64,000 bases of DNA from the human T2T-CHM13v2.0 reference genome, Homo sapiens. Made by a program: the position numbers and the translations under genes. The notes below the pieces were generated by a model that had not been told where the DNA came from, ran no database searches, and saw only the letters and a program-made list of their open reading frames with translations. The stretch lies in NCBI GenBank assembly GCA_009914755.4, contig CP068257.2:7040001-7104000 (forward strand), in the 5' to 3' direction. Positions 1 through 15,846 of this stretch are shown one piece after another. The first letter of the stretch is position 1, and every line of letters starts with the position of its first letter.

Positions 1-699
1 TGACCATCGGCCATTTCCTCTCCTTACTGTCATTCTCTGAAAAGCATACACTGGATTTTCTCAGGGTCATGACATGTCAAAAAGACATACTTTAAGGGGG
101 AAACAGTTGCAATCAACACAGCCATGGGAGAGATACAGCTATGCTTGCTAGGATTTCTAATACTTCTGTTTCATTTCTAATATAGTACAAATCAATAAAA
201 GCAACCACGTAAGCATATCCATGCTGGTATGTCATCATATTTATGACCATATGGTATCAGCATGAAGAAAGCATAATTAAATATGCTGCAGTCATCACAT
301 GGCATATCATTAGATCATACAATAAATCAAATACCTCGCTGGGTCAATGTGGATAGATCTGAAATATATATCACTGATTTTGCAAAGACCAAGTTGCAGT
401 CATTGTGTGCACTGTCTGAACTTTTCTACAAGGTTTTAATACACAAAATCAAGTTCTACAGGTTATCTATGAATGTGCACATATGTTGTAAGAGGTTTTT
501 AATGTGTATTTGGGTGATTTTCTTTTTTTAAAAAAAAATTTAATTCAAGTTCTTGGTTAGATGTCGTCAATAAGTTTTAGTAGTACAGAAAACCCTAAGA
601 CCATAACAGCTCAGAATGACTGTCTTAAAAGGCTATGTCTACCAAAGAGTCAGAAAAGCACGACTACTTACTTTCTTCATTTTTAAAACTCAGAGGTAC

Positions 700-1770
700 C
701 CCACGCACACTCCCAAATAAAACTGCACACAAGTTCTTTAGTTTAATTAGATCCCATTTGTCAATTTTGGCTTTTGTTGCCATTGCTTTTGGTGTTTTAG
801 TCATGAAGTATTTGCCCATGCCTATGTCCTGAATGGCACTGCCTAGGTTTTCATCCAGGGTTTTTACATATTTAGAACTGACTTTTAAGACTTTAATGCA
901 TCTTGAGTTAATTTTTGTATAAAGTGTAAGGAAGGGGTCCAGTTTCAGTTTCCTGCATAAGGTTAGCCAGTTTTCCCAACACCATTTATTAAATAGGGAA
1001 TCCTTTCCCCATTGCTTTTGTCAGGTTTGTCAAAGATCAGATGGTGTAGATGTATGGCATTATTTATGAGGCCTCTGTTCTGTTGCATTGGTCTATATAT
1101 CTCTTTTGGTACCAGTACCATACTGTTTTCATTACTGTGGCCTAGTAGTATAGTTTGAAGTCAGGTAGCATGATGCCTCTAGCTTTGTTCTTTTTGCTTA
1201 GGATTGTCTTGGCTATGTGGGCTCTTTTTTTGGTTCCATATGAAATTTAAAGTAGTTTTTTCTAATTCTGTGAAGAAAGTCAATGGTAGCTTGATGGGTA
1301 TAGCATTGAACCTACAAATTACTTTGGGCAGTATGGCCATTTTCAAGATATTGATTCTTCCTATCCATAAGCATGGAATGTTTTTCCATTTGTTTGTGTC
1401 CTCTTATTTCCTTGAGTGGTGGTTTGTAGTTCTCCTTAAAGAGGTCCTTCAAATCCCTTGTGAGTTGTATTCCTTGTTATTTTATTCTCTTTGTAGCAAT
1501 TGTGTATGGGAGTTCACTCATGATTTAGTGCTCTATTACTGGTGTATAGGAAGGCTTGTGAATTTTGCACATTGACTTTGTATCCTGAGACTATGAGGAA
1601 GTTGCTTATCAGCTGAAGGAGATTTGGGGCTGAGACGATTTGGTTTTCTAAATATACAATCATGTCATCTGCAAACAGAGACAACTCGACTTCCTTTCTT
1701 CCTATTTGAATACCGTTTATTTCTTTCTCTTGCCGATTACCCTGGCCAGAACTTCCAAGACTATGATCAG
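700..1770 (-). mobile_element. LINE-1 ORF2-derived segment, inverted 5' part of an L1 copy
   Basis: The minus-strand ORF 1514..1783 translates to ...[14 protein letters not shown]..., the L1 ORF2 reverse-transcriptase FADD motif. The + strand at ~960-1060 is the reverse complement of L1 ORF2 codons for [30 protein letters not shown]. The + strand at 720-800 is antisense of ...[20 protein letters not shown]... Confidence 0.8.
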
Positions 1771-2225
1771 AGTGAACAGGCAACCTACAGAATGGGAGGA
1801 AATGTTTGCAATCTGTCCATCTGACAAAGGCCTAATATCTAGAATCTACAAGGAACTTTAACAAATTTACAAGAAAAGAACAAACAATCTCATCAAAAAG
1901 TGGGCAAAGGATATGAACAGACACTTCTCAAAAGAATACATTTATGCAGCCAGCAAACATCTGAAAAAAAGCTCATCATCACTGATGATTAGAGAAATGC
2001 AAATCAAAACCACAATGAGATACAATCTCACGCCATTTAGAATGGCAATTGTTAAAAGCTCAGGAAACAACAGATGCTGGAGCAGATGTGGAGAAATAGG
2101 AATGCTTTTACACTGTTGGTGGGAGTGTGAATTAGTTCAACCATTGCGGAAGGCAGTGTGGTGATTCCTCAAGGATCTAGAAACGGAAATACCATTTGAG
2201 CCAGTAATCCCACTACTGGGCATGT
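1771..2225 (+). mobile_element. LINE-1 ORF2 C-terminal segment in sense orientation, abutting the inverted segment
   Basis: The + strand translation gives VNRQPTEWE...[18 protein letters not shown]...[12 protein letters not shown]...[25 protein letters not shown] (ORF 1913..2164). This is the L1 ORF2 C-terminal domain. It ends at the microsatellite and satellite junction with no 3'UTR or polyA. Confidence 0.8.
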
Positions 2226-2230
2226 ACTCG

Positions 2231-2265
2231 GTGTGTGTGTGTGTACATATATATATATATATATG
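2231..2265. repeat. (TG)n(TA)n microsatellite at the L1/HSat3 junction
   Basis: The sequence reads gtgtgtgtgtgtgtacatatatatatatatatat. Confidence 0.85.
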
Positions 2266-5200
2266 ATTCCATTGCATTCGATTCCATTACATTAGACTCC
2301 ATTCCGTTCAAGTTCATTCCATTCGAGTCCATTCGATTCCAGTGAATTGCATTCGAGTCCATTACATTTGATTCCATTCCATTCCATTCCATTATATTCG
2401 ATTCCATTCCATTCCAATCCATTCCATTCGATTTAATTCCATTCAATTGCATTCCATTCGATTGCATTCCATTCGATTGCATTCTATTCGATTTCATTCC
2501 ATTCGATTGCATTCCATTCGATTGCATTCCATTCGAGTTCATTCCATTCCAGTCCAATCCATTAGAGTCCATTCCATTCCAGTCTACTGTATTCAATTCT
2601 ATTCCATTCCATTCCACTCGATTCCATTCCACTCGATTCCATTCTATTTGATTCTATTCCATTCCATTCCATTGCATTCAATTCTATTCCATTCCATTCG
2701 ATTCCTTTCTTTTTGGGTTCATTCCATTCTAGTCCACTCCATTCCAGTCCACTCCAATCAAATCCATTTCATTCCATTCCAGAAGATTCCATTCCATTCA
2801 AGTCCATTCCAGTCGCTTCCAATCCATTCCATTCAAGAAGATTCCATTCCATTCAAGTCCATTCCAGTCGATTCCATTCCATTCCATTCCATTGCATTCC
2901 ATTCGATTGTATTCCATTCAATTCCATTCCATTAGAATAGATTCCATTCCATTCTATTCCATTCCATTCGATTCATTTCCTTTCGAGTCCATTCCATTCG
3001 AGTCCATTCCAATCAAGTCCATTCCATTCCAGTCCATTCCATTCGATTCCATTCCATTCGATTCTATTCCATTTGATTCCATCCCGTTTGATTCCATTCC
3101 ATTCGATTGCATTCCATTCGAGTCCATCCAATTGAATCCATTCCATTTGCATCCATTCTATTCGAATCCATTCCATTCGTGTCCATTCCATTCCATTCCC
3201 TTTGAGTCCATTCCATTCGATTCCATTCCATTCCAGTCCATTCCATTCGGTTCCATTCCATTCCTTTCCATTCCATTCGATTCCATTCCATTCGATTAGA
3301 TTCCATTCGAGACTGTACTATTACACTCCATTCGATTCCATTCCATTCGATTCCATTCCATTCGATTCCATTCCATTCGATTCCATTCCATTCGATTCCA
3401 TTCCATTGCATTCCATTCCATTCCATTCGTTTCCATTCCATTCAATTCCATTCCTTTCGGTTCAAATCCTTTCCATTCAATTCTATTCCATTCAATTCCA
3501 TTTCATTCGATTCCATTCCTTTCCAGTCCATTCCATTCAAGTCCATATCATTCCAATCCATTCCCTTTGAGTCCATTCCATTCCAGTCCATTCCACTACA
3601 GTTCATTCCATCCCATTGGATTACATTCCATTTGAATGCATACCATTCGATTACATTCCATTCGAGTACATTGAATTCCATTCCATTCCATTCCATACCA
3701 TTCCATTCCATTCGATTGCATTCCATTCAAGTCCATTTCATTTAATTCCATTCCATTCCGGTCGATTACATTCGAGTACAATCCACTCTATTCCATTCCA
3801 TACCATTCCATTCCATTCGAGGCGATTCCTTTCAAGTCCATTGCATTGCAGTCCGTTCCATTTGATTCCATCCCATTTGATTCCATCCCATTCGAGTCCA
3901 TTCCATTCAAGTCCGTACCATTCTATTCCATTGCTTTCCTTTCCTTTCCTTTCCATTCCATTCCATGCAAGTCCATTCCATGCGAGTCCTTTCCATTCCA
4001 GTCCATTCCATTCAATTTCGATTGCATTCCATTCCATTCTAATCCGTTCCATCCGATTGCATGCCATCCGATTGCATGCCATCCGATTTGATCCCATTCT
4101 GTTCTATTCCATTCCATTCGATTCCTCTTCCTTTCGAGTCCATTCCATTCTAGTCCATTCCATTCCAGTCCATTCCATTCGAGTCCATTCCATTCCATTC
4201 TAGTCCATTCCATTCCATTAGATTCCAGTGCATTTTATGCCATTCCACTCGATTCCATTCCATTCCAGTCCAGTCCATTCGATTCCATTCCATTCAAATC
4301 AATTCCATTCCAATCCATTCCATTCCATTCTATTCCATTCCATTAAATTCGAATCCATTCCATTCCATTCTATTCCATTCCATTAAATTTGAATCCATTC
4401 CATTCCATTCCAGTCCATTCCTTTCAAGTCCATTCCATTCCATTCCATTCCGTTTGAATTCATTCCATTCCATTCCATTTGATTTCATTCCATTCCATTC
4501 CATTTGATTCCATTCCATGCCATTCCATTCAATTCAATTCCTTTCCATTCCATTCGATTCCATTCCATTTGATTCTATTCCATTCCATTCCATTCTTTGC
4601 AATTCCATTACATTCGAGTCCAATGCATTCCCTTCCATTCCATTCCTTTCCATTCCAGTCCATTCCAGTCCAGTCCATTCCATTCGGATCCATTCCATTT
4701 CATTCCATTGCTTTGAATTCCATTCCATACCCTTCCAGTCCAGTCCATTCCATTCGAGTCCATTCCATTCGAGTCCATTCCAATTGATTCCCTTTCATTT
4801 GATTCCATTCCATTCGTTTGCATTCCATTCGATTCCATTCAATTAGATTCCATTCCAGTCGTTTCCATTCCATTCGAGTCCATTCCATTCAAGTCCATTC
4901 CATTCCAATCCATTACCTTCGAGTCTATTCCATTCCATTCTATTCCATTCCATTCAATTCCATTCCTTTCGATTCCATTCCATTTGAGTCCATTCCATTC
5001 CTGTCCATTCCATTCAATTCCATTTCATTCCAGTCCATTCCATTCCTTTCCATTCCATTCCATTCAAGTCCATTCCATTCCATTGCATTCAATTCCATTC
5101 CATTCCATTTGATTCCATGCCATTCCAGTCCATTCCTTTTGAGTCCATTCCATTCCATTCCTTTCGAATCCATTCCATTCCATTCCATGTCATTCCATTC

Positions 5201-6025
5201 CATTGTATTCCATTCCATTCCATTCCCTTCGAATCCATTCCATTCCATTCCGTTTCCTTCCATTTGATTCCATAACATTTGATTCGATTCAATTCCTTTC
5301 CATTCCAATCCATTCCATTCCATTCCATTAAATTCTATTCCATTCCATTTGATTCCATTTCACTCGAGTCCATTCCATTCAAGTCCATTCCATTCCAGGT
5401 CATTTCATTCGAGTCCGTTCCATTCCATTCCATTCCATTCCTTTTGGGACCATTCCATTACTGTCCATTCCATTTGAATCCATTCCATTCCAGTCCATTA
5501 CATTTGATTCCATTCCATTCGATTGCTTTCCATTCCAGTCCATTCCATTTGAGTCCATTCTATTTCCATTCCTTTTGATTCCATTCCATTCCATTCGAGT
5601 CCATTCCATTCCACTCGATTGCAGTCCATTCGAGACCGTTCCATTCCGATCCATTCAATTCTAGTCCATTCCATTCGATTACTTTTCATTAGATTCCATT
5701 TCATTTGATTCCATTCCATTCGAGTCCATTCCATTCCATTCCATTCGATTCCATTCCATTCGATTGCCTTCCATTCCAGTCCATTCCATTTGAGTCCATT
5801 CCATTTCCATTCCTTTTGATTCCATTCCATTCCATTCGAGTCCATTCCATTCCACTCGATTGCAGTCCATTCGAGACCGTTCCATTCCAATCCATTCAAT
5901 TCGAGTCCATTCCATTCGATTACATTTCATTAGATTCCATTTCATTTGATTCCATTCCATTCGAGTCCATTCCATTCCATTCCATTCCATTCGAATCCAT
6001 TCTATTCCATTCCATTCCATTCCAT
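2266..6025. repeat. HSat3 / Satellite III (ATTCC)n pentameric satellite
   Basis: There are thousands of bases of degenerate attcc/attcg/agtcc pentamers. The overlapping ORFs on both strands (MEWNGMEWN / HSIPFHSIPF) are periodicity artefacts. Confidence 0.95.
5455..5935. repeat. ~240-bp tandem duplication (two copies) inside HSat3
   Basis: The strings 'ttac(t/a)tttcattagattccatttcatttgattccattccattcgagtcc' and 'cgattgc(t/c)ttccattccagtccattccatttgagtccattc' recur 240 bp apart. ORFs 5498..5899 and 5679..6020 are near-identical. Confidence 0.7.
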
Positions 6026-6335
6026 AACACTCTGTTCCACTTTACTCCACTCACTACATTAAATTCCATTATATCCAATTCCATTCCACTCCGTTCCACT
6101 CCTCTCCTCTCCACTGCACTCCACTGCACTCCATTCCACTCCATCCCATTCCATTCTGCTCCATTCCACTGCAATCCACTCCACCCCACTCATCTCCACT
6201 TCATTCCATTCCATTCCATCCCATTCCATTCCTCTCCATTCCAGTCCACTCTACTTCACCTCACTCCACTCCACTCTAGTCCACTCCATTCCATTCCATT
6301 CGATTCCACTGCATTCCACGCTATTCCTTTCTTTC

Positions 6336-6398
6336 AAAAGTATCTCACTCTGTCACCCTGCCTGCAGCACAGTGGCACAATCTCAGCTCACATTTCAT
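6336..6398 (-). mobile_element. Alu fragment (antisense left-arm start) embedded in the satellite
   Basis: 'agtatctcactctgtcaccctgcctgcagcacagtggcacaatctcagctcac' matches the antisense Alu consensus 'gagtctcgctctgtcgcccaggctggagtgcagtggcgcgatctcggctcac'. Confidence 0.7.
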
Positions 6399-6892
6399 TT
6401 CACCATTCCATTCCATTCCACTCCACTCTACTCCACTCCACTCCAATCCATTCCACTCCACTCCTTTCCATTCCATCCCATTCCATTCCACTCCTTTCCA
6501 CTCCACTCCACTCCATTCCATTCCATTCCACTGCATTCCATTCCACTTTACTCCAGTCCACTCCACTCCGTTTCATTCCACTGCATTACATTCCACTCTT
6601 TTCCATTCCATTCCATTTCATTCCACTCCATTCCATTCTACTCCCCTCCACTCCTCTCCACCACATTCCACTCCACTCCACTCCACTCCATTCCATTCCC
6701 TTCCATTACATTCCATTCCATTGCATTCCACTCCACTCCACTCCATTCCTCTCCATTCCATTCCACTCCATTCCATTCCACTCCACTCCATTCCATTCCA
6801 TTGCATTCCACTCCACTCTGCTCCACTCCACTCCACTTCACTCCACTCCATTTCATTCCATTCCACTTCACTCCATTGCATTCCATTCCTTT

Positions 6893-6958
6893 CTTTCGAC
6901 AGGATATCACTGTGTCACCCAGGCTGGAGTGCAGTGGCACAATCTCTGCTCACATTAC
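6893..6958 (-). mobile_element. Alu fragment embedded in the satellite (second copy)
   Basis: 'gatatcactgtgtcacccaggctggagtgcagtggcacaatctctgctcac'. Confidence 0.7.
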
Positions 6959-7317
6959 ATGTCAACTTTCCATTTCATTGCATTATATTCCATTGCATTC
7001 TATTGAATTCCATTGCATTCCATTGCATTCCATTGTATTCCATTCCATTCCGTTCCACTCCACTCCACTACATTCTATAACATCCGATTACATTCCACTC
7101 CTCTCCACTCCACTGCTCTCCCCACCACTCCATTCCACTCCATCCCATTCCATTCCACTCCATTCCACTGGACTCCGCTCCACCCCACTCCACTCCACTT
7201 CATTCCATTCCTTTCTATCCCATTCCATTCCTCTCCATTCCACTCCACTCCACTTCACTCCACTCCACTCCAGTCCACTCCATTCCATTCCACTGCATTC
7301 CATTCCTTTCCTTTCTT

Positions 7318-7383
7318 TTGAGAGTATCTCACTCCATCACCCAGCCTGGAGAGCAGTGGCACAATCTCAGCTGACATTTCATT
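7318..7383 (-). mobile_element. Alu fragment embedded in the satellite (third copy)
   Basis: 'gagtatctcactccatcacccagcctggagagcagtggcacaatctcagctgac'. Confidence 0.7.
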
Positions 7384-7487
7384 TCACCATTCAATTCCAA
7401 TCCATTCAGTTCCATTCCGCTCCACTCCACTCCACTGCAATCCATTCCACTCCACTCCATTCCATTCCACTCCACTCCTTTCCAAGA

Positions 7488-10400
7488 GTCATGTAACTCT
7501 TGTCTAGGCTCTGCTTACAGGGGGTATTTTGACATATCTCTGCACTGATCACCTAAGTGATGTAACACTTGAGTAGGCTCTGCCTACACTGGCATTTTGA
7601 CATACCTCTGCCCTGATAAGCAAGGTGATTTAACTCTTGTCTACGCTGTTCCCACAGGGGGATTGAGACGTATCTCTGCACTGATCCCGAGGTAATCCAA
7701 CTCTTTTCTGGGCTCTGCCTACTGGGGACATTGTGACATATCTCTGCACTGATCTCCCAGGTGATGAAACTTTTGTCTAGGCTCTGGCTACACGGCATTG
7801 TGACATATCACTGCACTTATCACCCAGGTGATATAACTCTTGTCTAGGATCTGCCTACAGGGACCTTGTGACATATCTCTGCACTGCTCACCCAGGTGAT
7901 GTACCACCTGTCAAGGCTCTGCCTACAGAGGCATTGCGATGTATCTCTGCACTGATCACCTAGGTCATGTAACTCTTGTCTAGACTCTGCCTACACTGGC
8001 ATTGTGACATATCCCTGCACTGATCACCCAGGTTATGTAACTCTTGTCTGGGATCTGCCTACAGGGTGCTTTGTGACATATCGCTGCAATGATCACCCAG
8101 GTGATGTACCACTTGTCAAGGCTCTGCCTACAGGGGCATTGTTATGTATCTCTGCACTGATCACCTGGGTCATGTAACTCTTGCCTAGGCTCTGCCTACA
8201 GTGGCATTGCGACATATCTCTGCACTGATCACCCAACTGATTTAACTCTTGTCTAGGATCTGCCTAAAGGGTCTTTGTGACGTAACTCTGCCCTCATCAT
8301 CCAGGTGATGGGGCTTTTGTCTAGGCTCTGCCTACGGGGGCATTGTGACGTATTTCTGCTCTGATCACCCAGGTGACGGACTCTTGTCTTGCATCTGCCT
8401 ATGGGGGCATTATGACATATCTCTGCACTGATCACCGAGGTGATGTAACTGTTGTATAAGCTCTGCCTACTTGTGAGTTGTGAGAGATCTCTCCACTTAT
8501 CGCCCAAGTGATTTAACCATTGTCTTGGCTTTTCCTACACGGGGCTTTGTGACATATCTGTTCACTGATCACCCAGGTGATGTAACTCATCTAAGCTCTG
8601 CCTACAGGGGCCTTGTGATATATCTCTGCACTGATCACTCCCGGGGTGGGAATTCTTGTCTAGGCTCTGCCTACAGGGGGCTTTGTGACACATCTCTGCA
8701 CTGATCACATAGGCGATGTAACAGTTTTATAAGCTCTGCCTACAGGGAATTTTGACAAATCTCTGCACTGATCACCTAGGTGATGTAACTCTTGTTTAGG
8801 CTCTGCCTACAGGGGGCATTTTGATATATCTCTGCACTGATCACCCAGGTGATGCAACTCTTCTCTAGGATCTGCCTAAAGGGGGTATTGTGAAATATCT
8901 CTGCACTGATCAACTAGGTGATGTAACTCTTGTCTAGGCTCTACCTACAGGGGCTTTTTGACATATCTCTGAACTGATGAGAAAGGTGATGTAACTCTTG
9001 CCTAGGCTTTGCCTACAGGGGACATTGTGACATATCTCTGCACTGATCACCCAGGTGATGCAGCTCTTCTCTAGGCTCTGCCTACAGGGGACTTTGTGAC
9101 ATATCTCTGCACTGATCAACTAGGTGATGTAACTCTTGTCCAGGCTCTGCCTATGGGGGCATTGTGACGTATCTCTGCAATGATCAATCCGGAGATATGA
9201 CATTTGTCTAAGCTCTGACTACATGGGCACTGGGACACATCTCTGCACTGATCACTGAGGTTATTTAAAACTTGTCTAGGCTTTGCCTACAGTGGGATTT
9301 TTGACATATCTCTGCACTGAACTCCCAGTTGATGTAACTCTTGTCTAGACTTTGCCTACAGGGGGTATTTTGAGGTATCTCTGCACTGATCACCGAGGTG
9401 ATGTAACTCATGTCTACGCTCTGCCTACTGGAGACATCGTGACATATCTCTGCATTGATCACCCAGATGATGTAACTCTTTTCTATGCGTGGCCACAGGA
9501 ACATAGTGACATATATCTGCGCTGATCACATATGTGATGTAACTCTTGACTAATGTTTGCCTACAGAGTGCGTTGTGACACATCTCTGCACTGATCTCTC
9601 AGGTGAGGTAACTCTTGTCTAGTATCTACCTACAGAGGGCATTGTGACATCACTCTGCAATGATCACCCAGGTGATGTAACTCTTGTCTAGACTCTGCCT
9701 ACATGGACATTGTGACTTGTCTGAGCACTGATCACCCAGGTGATGTAAATTTTGTCTAGGCTCTGCTCACAGGGGCATTGAGACATACCTCTGCACTGAT
9801 CACCGAGGTGATGCAACTCTTGTCTGGGCTCTGCCTACAGGGGACATTGTGACATATCTCTGCCCTGATCACCCAGGTGATGTAACTCTTGTCTGGGCTC
9901 TGCCTACAGGGGGTATTGTGACATACCTCTGCACTGGTCTCCTAGGTGATGTAACTGTTTTGTAGGGTCTGCCTACAGGTTCGTTTTGATATGTCTCTGA
10001 AGTGATCACAGAGGAGATGTAACCCTTTTCTAGGCTGTGCCAACAGAGGGTATTGTAACATATCTCTGCAATGATCACACAGGTGATTTAACCCTTTTCT
10101 AGGCTCTGTCTACAGGGAAATTGTGACACATCACTGCACTGATCACCCAATTGATGTAACTCTTCTCTAGGCTGTACTTTCAGGGGGCTTTGTGAAATAC
10201 CTCTGCACTGATCAAGTAGGCGATGTAACTCTTTTCTAGGCTTTGCCCAGAGGGGGCCTTGTTACATTTCTCTGCACTGATCACCCAGGTAATGCAACTC
10301 TTGTCTATGCTCTGCCTACAAGGGCATTGTGACATATCACTACACTGATCACACAGGTGATGGGACTCTTGTCTACCCTCTGCCTACAGGTGTCTTTGTG

Positions 10401-10912
10401 ACATATCTCTGCACTGATCACTCAGGTGATGGGACTATTTTCTATACTCTGCCTAGAGGTGGATTCGTGACATAATCCCTGCACTGATCACTCAGGTGAT
10501 GGGACTATTTTCTATACTCTGCCTAGAGGTGGATTCGTGACATAATCTCTGTACTGATAACCCAGGTGATGTAATTATTGTCTAGGTTCTGTCTATGGGG
10601 GCATTGTGTGAAATATCTGCACTGATCACTCAGGTGATGTAACTCTTGTCTAGGCTCTGTCCACAGGGATTTTTGTGACATATCACTGCACTGATCACCT
10701 AGATGATGTAACTCTTGTCTAGGCTCTGCCTACAGAGGAATTTTGATGTATCACTGCACTGATCACCCAGGTGATCTAACTTTTGTCTAGGCTCTGCCTA
10801 TAGGGGGCATTGTGACATATCTCTGCACCGATCACTCAGGTGATGTAACTATTGTCTTGGCTCTGCTTAAAGGGGCCTTGTCATATACCTCTGCACTGAT
10901 CACCCAGGTGAT
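7488..10912. repeat. Beta-satellite higher-order repeat, copy 1 (~3.4 kb, ~50 monomers)
   Basis: Monomer-specific variants such as 'ctgatcccgaggt(a/g)atccaactctt' (7681 and 11101) and 'cactgatcac(tc/cc)c(gggg/aggg)...gaattcttgt' (8631 and 11844) recur 3420 bp and 3213 bp apart. ORFs 7553..7798 and 11036..11218 are near-identical. Confidence 0.7.
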
Positions 10913-12235
10913 GTAACTCTTGTCTAGGCTCTGCCTACAGGGGGTATTGTGACATATCTCTGCACTGATCACCTAAGTGATGTAACACTTGTGTATGCTC
11001 TGCCTACAGGAGCATTTTGAGATATATCTGCACTGTTAACCGAGGTGATGTAACTCTTGTCTAGGCTGTCCCCACAGGGGGATTGAGACATATCTCTGCA
11101 CTGATCCCGAGGTGATCCAACTCTTGTCTGGGCTCTGCCTACTGGGGATATTGTGACATATCTCTGCACTGATCTCCCAGGTGATGAAACTTTTGTCTAG
11201 GTTCTCGCTACATGGCACTGTGACATATCTCTGCCCTGATCACCCGGGTGATGTAACTCTTGTCTAGGATCTGCCTACAGGGTGCTTTTTGATATATCCC
11301 TGCAATGGTCACCCAGGTGATATACCACTTGTCAAGGCTCTGCCTACAGGGGCATTGCGATGTATCTCTGCACTGATCACCTAGGTCATGTAACTCTTGT
11401 CTAGGCTCTGCCTACAGTGGCATTGTGACATATCTCTGCACTGATCAACCAGGTGATGTAACACTTGTCTAGGATCTGCCTAAAGGGACTTTGTGACATA
11501 ACTGCACTGATTATCCAGGTGATGGGGCTTTTTTCTAGGCTCTGCCTATGGGGACATTGTGACGTGTTTCTGCACGGAGCACCCAGGTGACGGACTCTTG
11601 TCTTGCGTCTGCATATGGGGGCTTTGTGACATATCTCTGCACTGATCACCCAGGTGATGTAACTGTTGTATAAGCTCTGCCTACAGGGGAATTGTGAGAG
11701 ATCTCTCCACTGATCACCCAACTGATGTAACTATTGTCTAGGCTTTCCCTACAGGAGGCTTTGTGACATATCTTTACACTGATCACCCAGGTGATGTAAC
11801 TCATCTAAGCTCTGCCTACAGGTGCCTATGACATATCTCTGCACTGATCACCCCAGGGAGAGAATTCTTGTTTAGGCTCTGCCTACAGGGGGCTTTGTGA
11901 CATATCTCTGCACTGATCACCTGGGTGATGTAACACTTTTATAATCTCTACCTACAAGGAATTTTGACAAATCTCTGCCCGGATCATCTAGGTGATGTAA
12001 CTCTTGTCTACCCTCTGCCTACAGGGGGCATTGTGAAATATGTCTGCACTGATCACCCAGGTGATGCAACTCTTGTCTAGGATTTGCCTACAGTGGGTAT
12101 TGTGAAATATCTCTGCACTGATCACCTAGGTGATGTAACACTTGTCTACCCTCTGCCTACAGGAGGCATTGTGAAATATCTCTGCACTGATCACCCAGGT
12201 GATGCAACTCTTGTCTAGGATCTGCCTACAGGGCA
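10913..12235. repeat. Beta-satellite higher-order repeat, copy 2 (partial, truncated by L1)
   Basis: Its monomer order is colinear with 7488-8900. It lacks a ~204-bp three-monomer block that copy 1 has twice. Confidence 0.7.

Positions 12236-15846
<3,611 letters not shown>

Larger units (their letters stand above)
6026..7487. repeat. HSat3-derived variant satellite (CCACT/CCATT pentamers) with embedded Alu fragments
   Basis: The pentamer composition shifts from attcc to ccact/ccatt/ccgtt. Three ~60-bp Alu left-end fragments recur at ~6336, ~6893 and ~7318. Long stop-free ORFs (5705..7006, 6372..7496) are artefacts. Confidence 0.75.
7488..12235. repeat. Beta satellite (68-bp Sau3A family) tandem array, ~70 monomers
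   Basis: The ~68-bp unit 'ctgcactgatcacccaggtgatgtaactcttgtctaggctctgcctacagggggcattgtgacatatct' is repeated head to tail with 5-20% monomer divergence. A GATC site sits in each monomer. The array directly abuts HSat3, as is typical of acrocentric, chr1, chr9 and chrY pericentromeres. Confidence 0.85.

Noticed and set aside
283-700. Unique-looking AT-rich leader (1-700) with small ORFs (283..531, 635..832).
   Set aside because: It has no recognisable protein similarity or repeat identity. Nothing supports a gene, and the ORFs are short and low-complexity.
2266-7496. Very long ORFs on both strands inside the HSat3 block, including a 433-aa and a 374-aa ORF with MEWNGMEWN / HSIPFHSIPF-type repetitive peptides.
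   Set aside because: A pentameric (ATTCC)n repeat and its CCACT variant lack stop codons in several frames, so long ORFs arise by chance periodicity. There is no start-context, domain or codon-usage evidence, and these are classic satellite artefacts. The same applies to all ORFs in 61757-64000.
7488-12235. The regular 68-bp tandem array could superficially be mistaken for a CRISPR array or a prokaryotic direct-repeat locus.
   Set aside because: The monomers are contiguous, mutually homologous variants with no unique spacers between conserved repeats. The context is Alu, L1 and Satellite III, i.e. human. It is beta satellite, not CRISPR.
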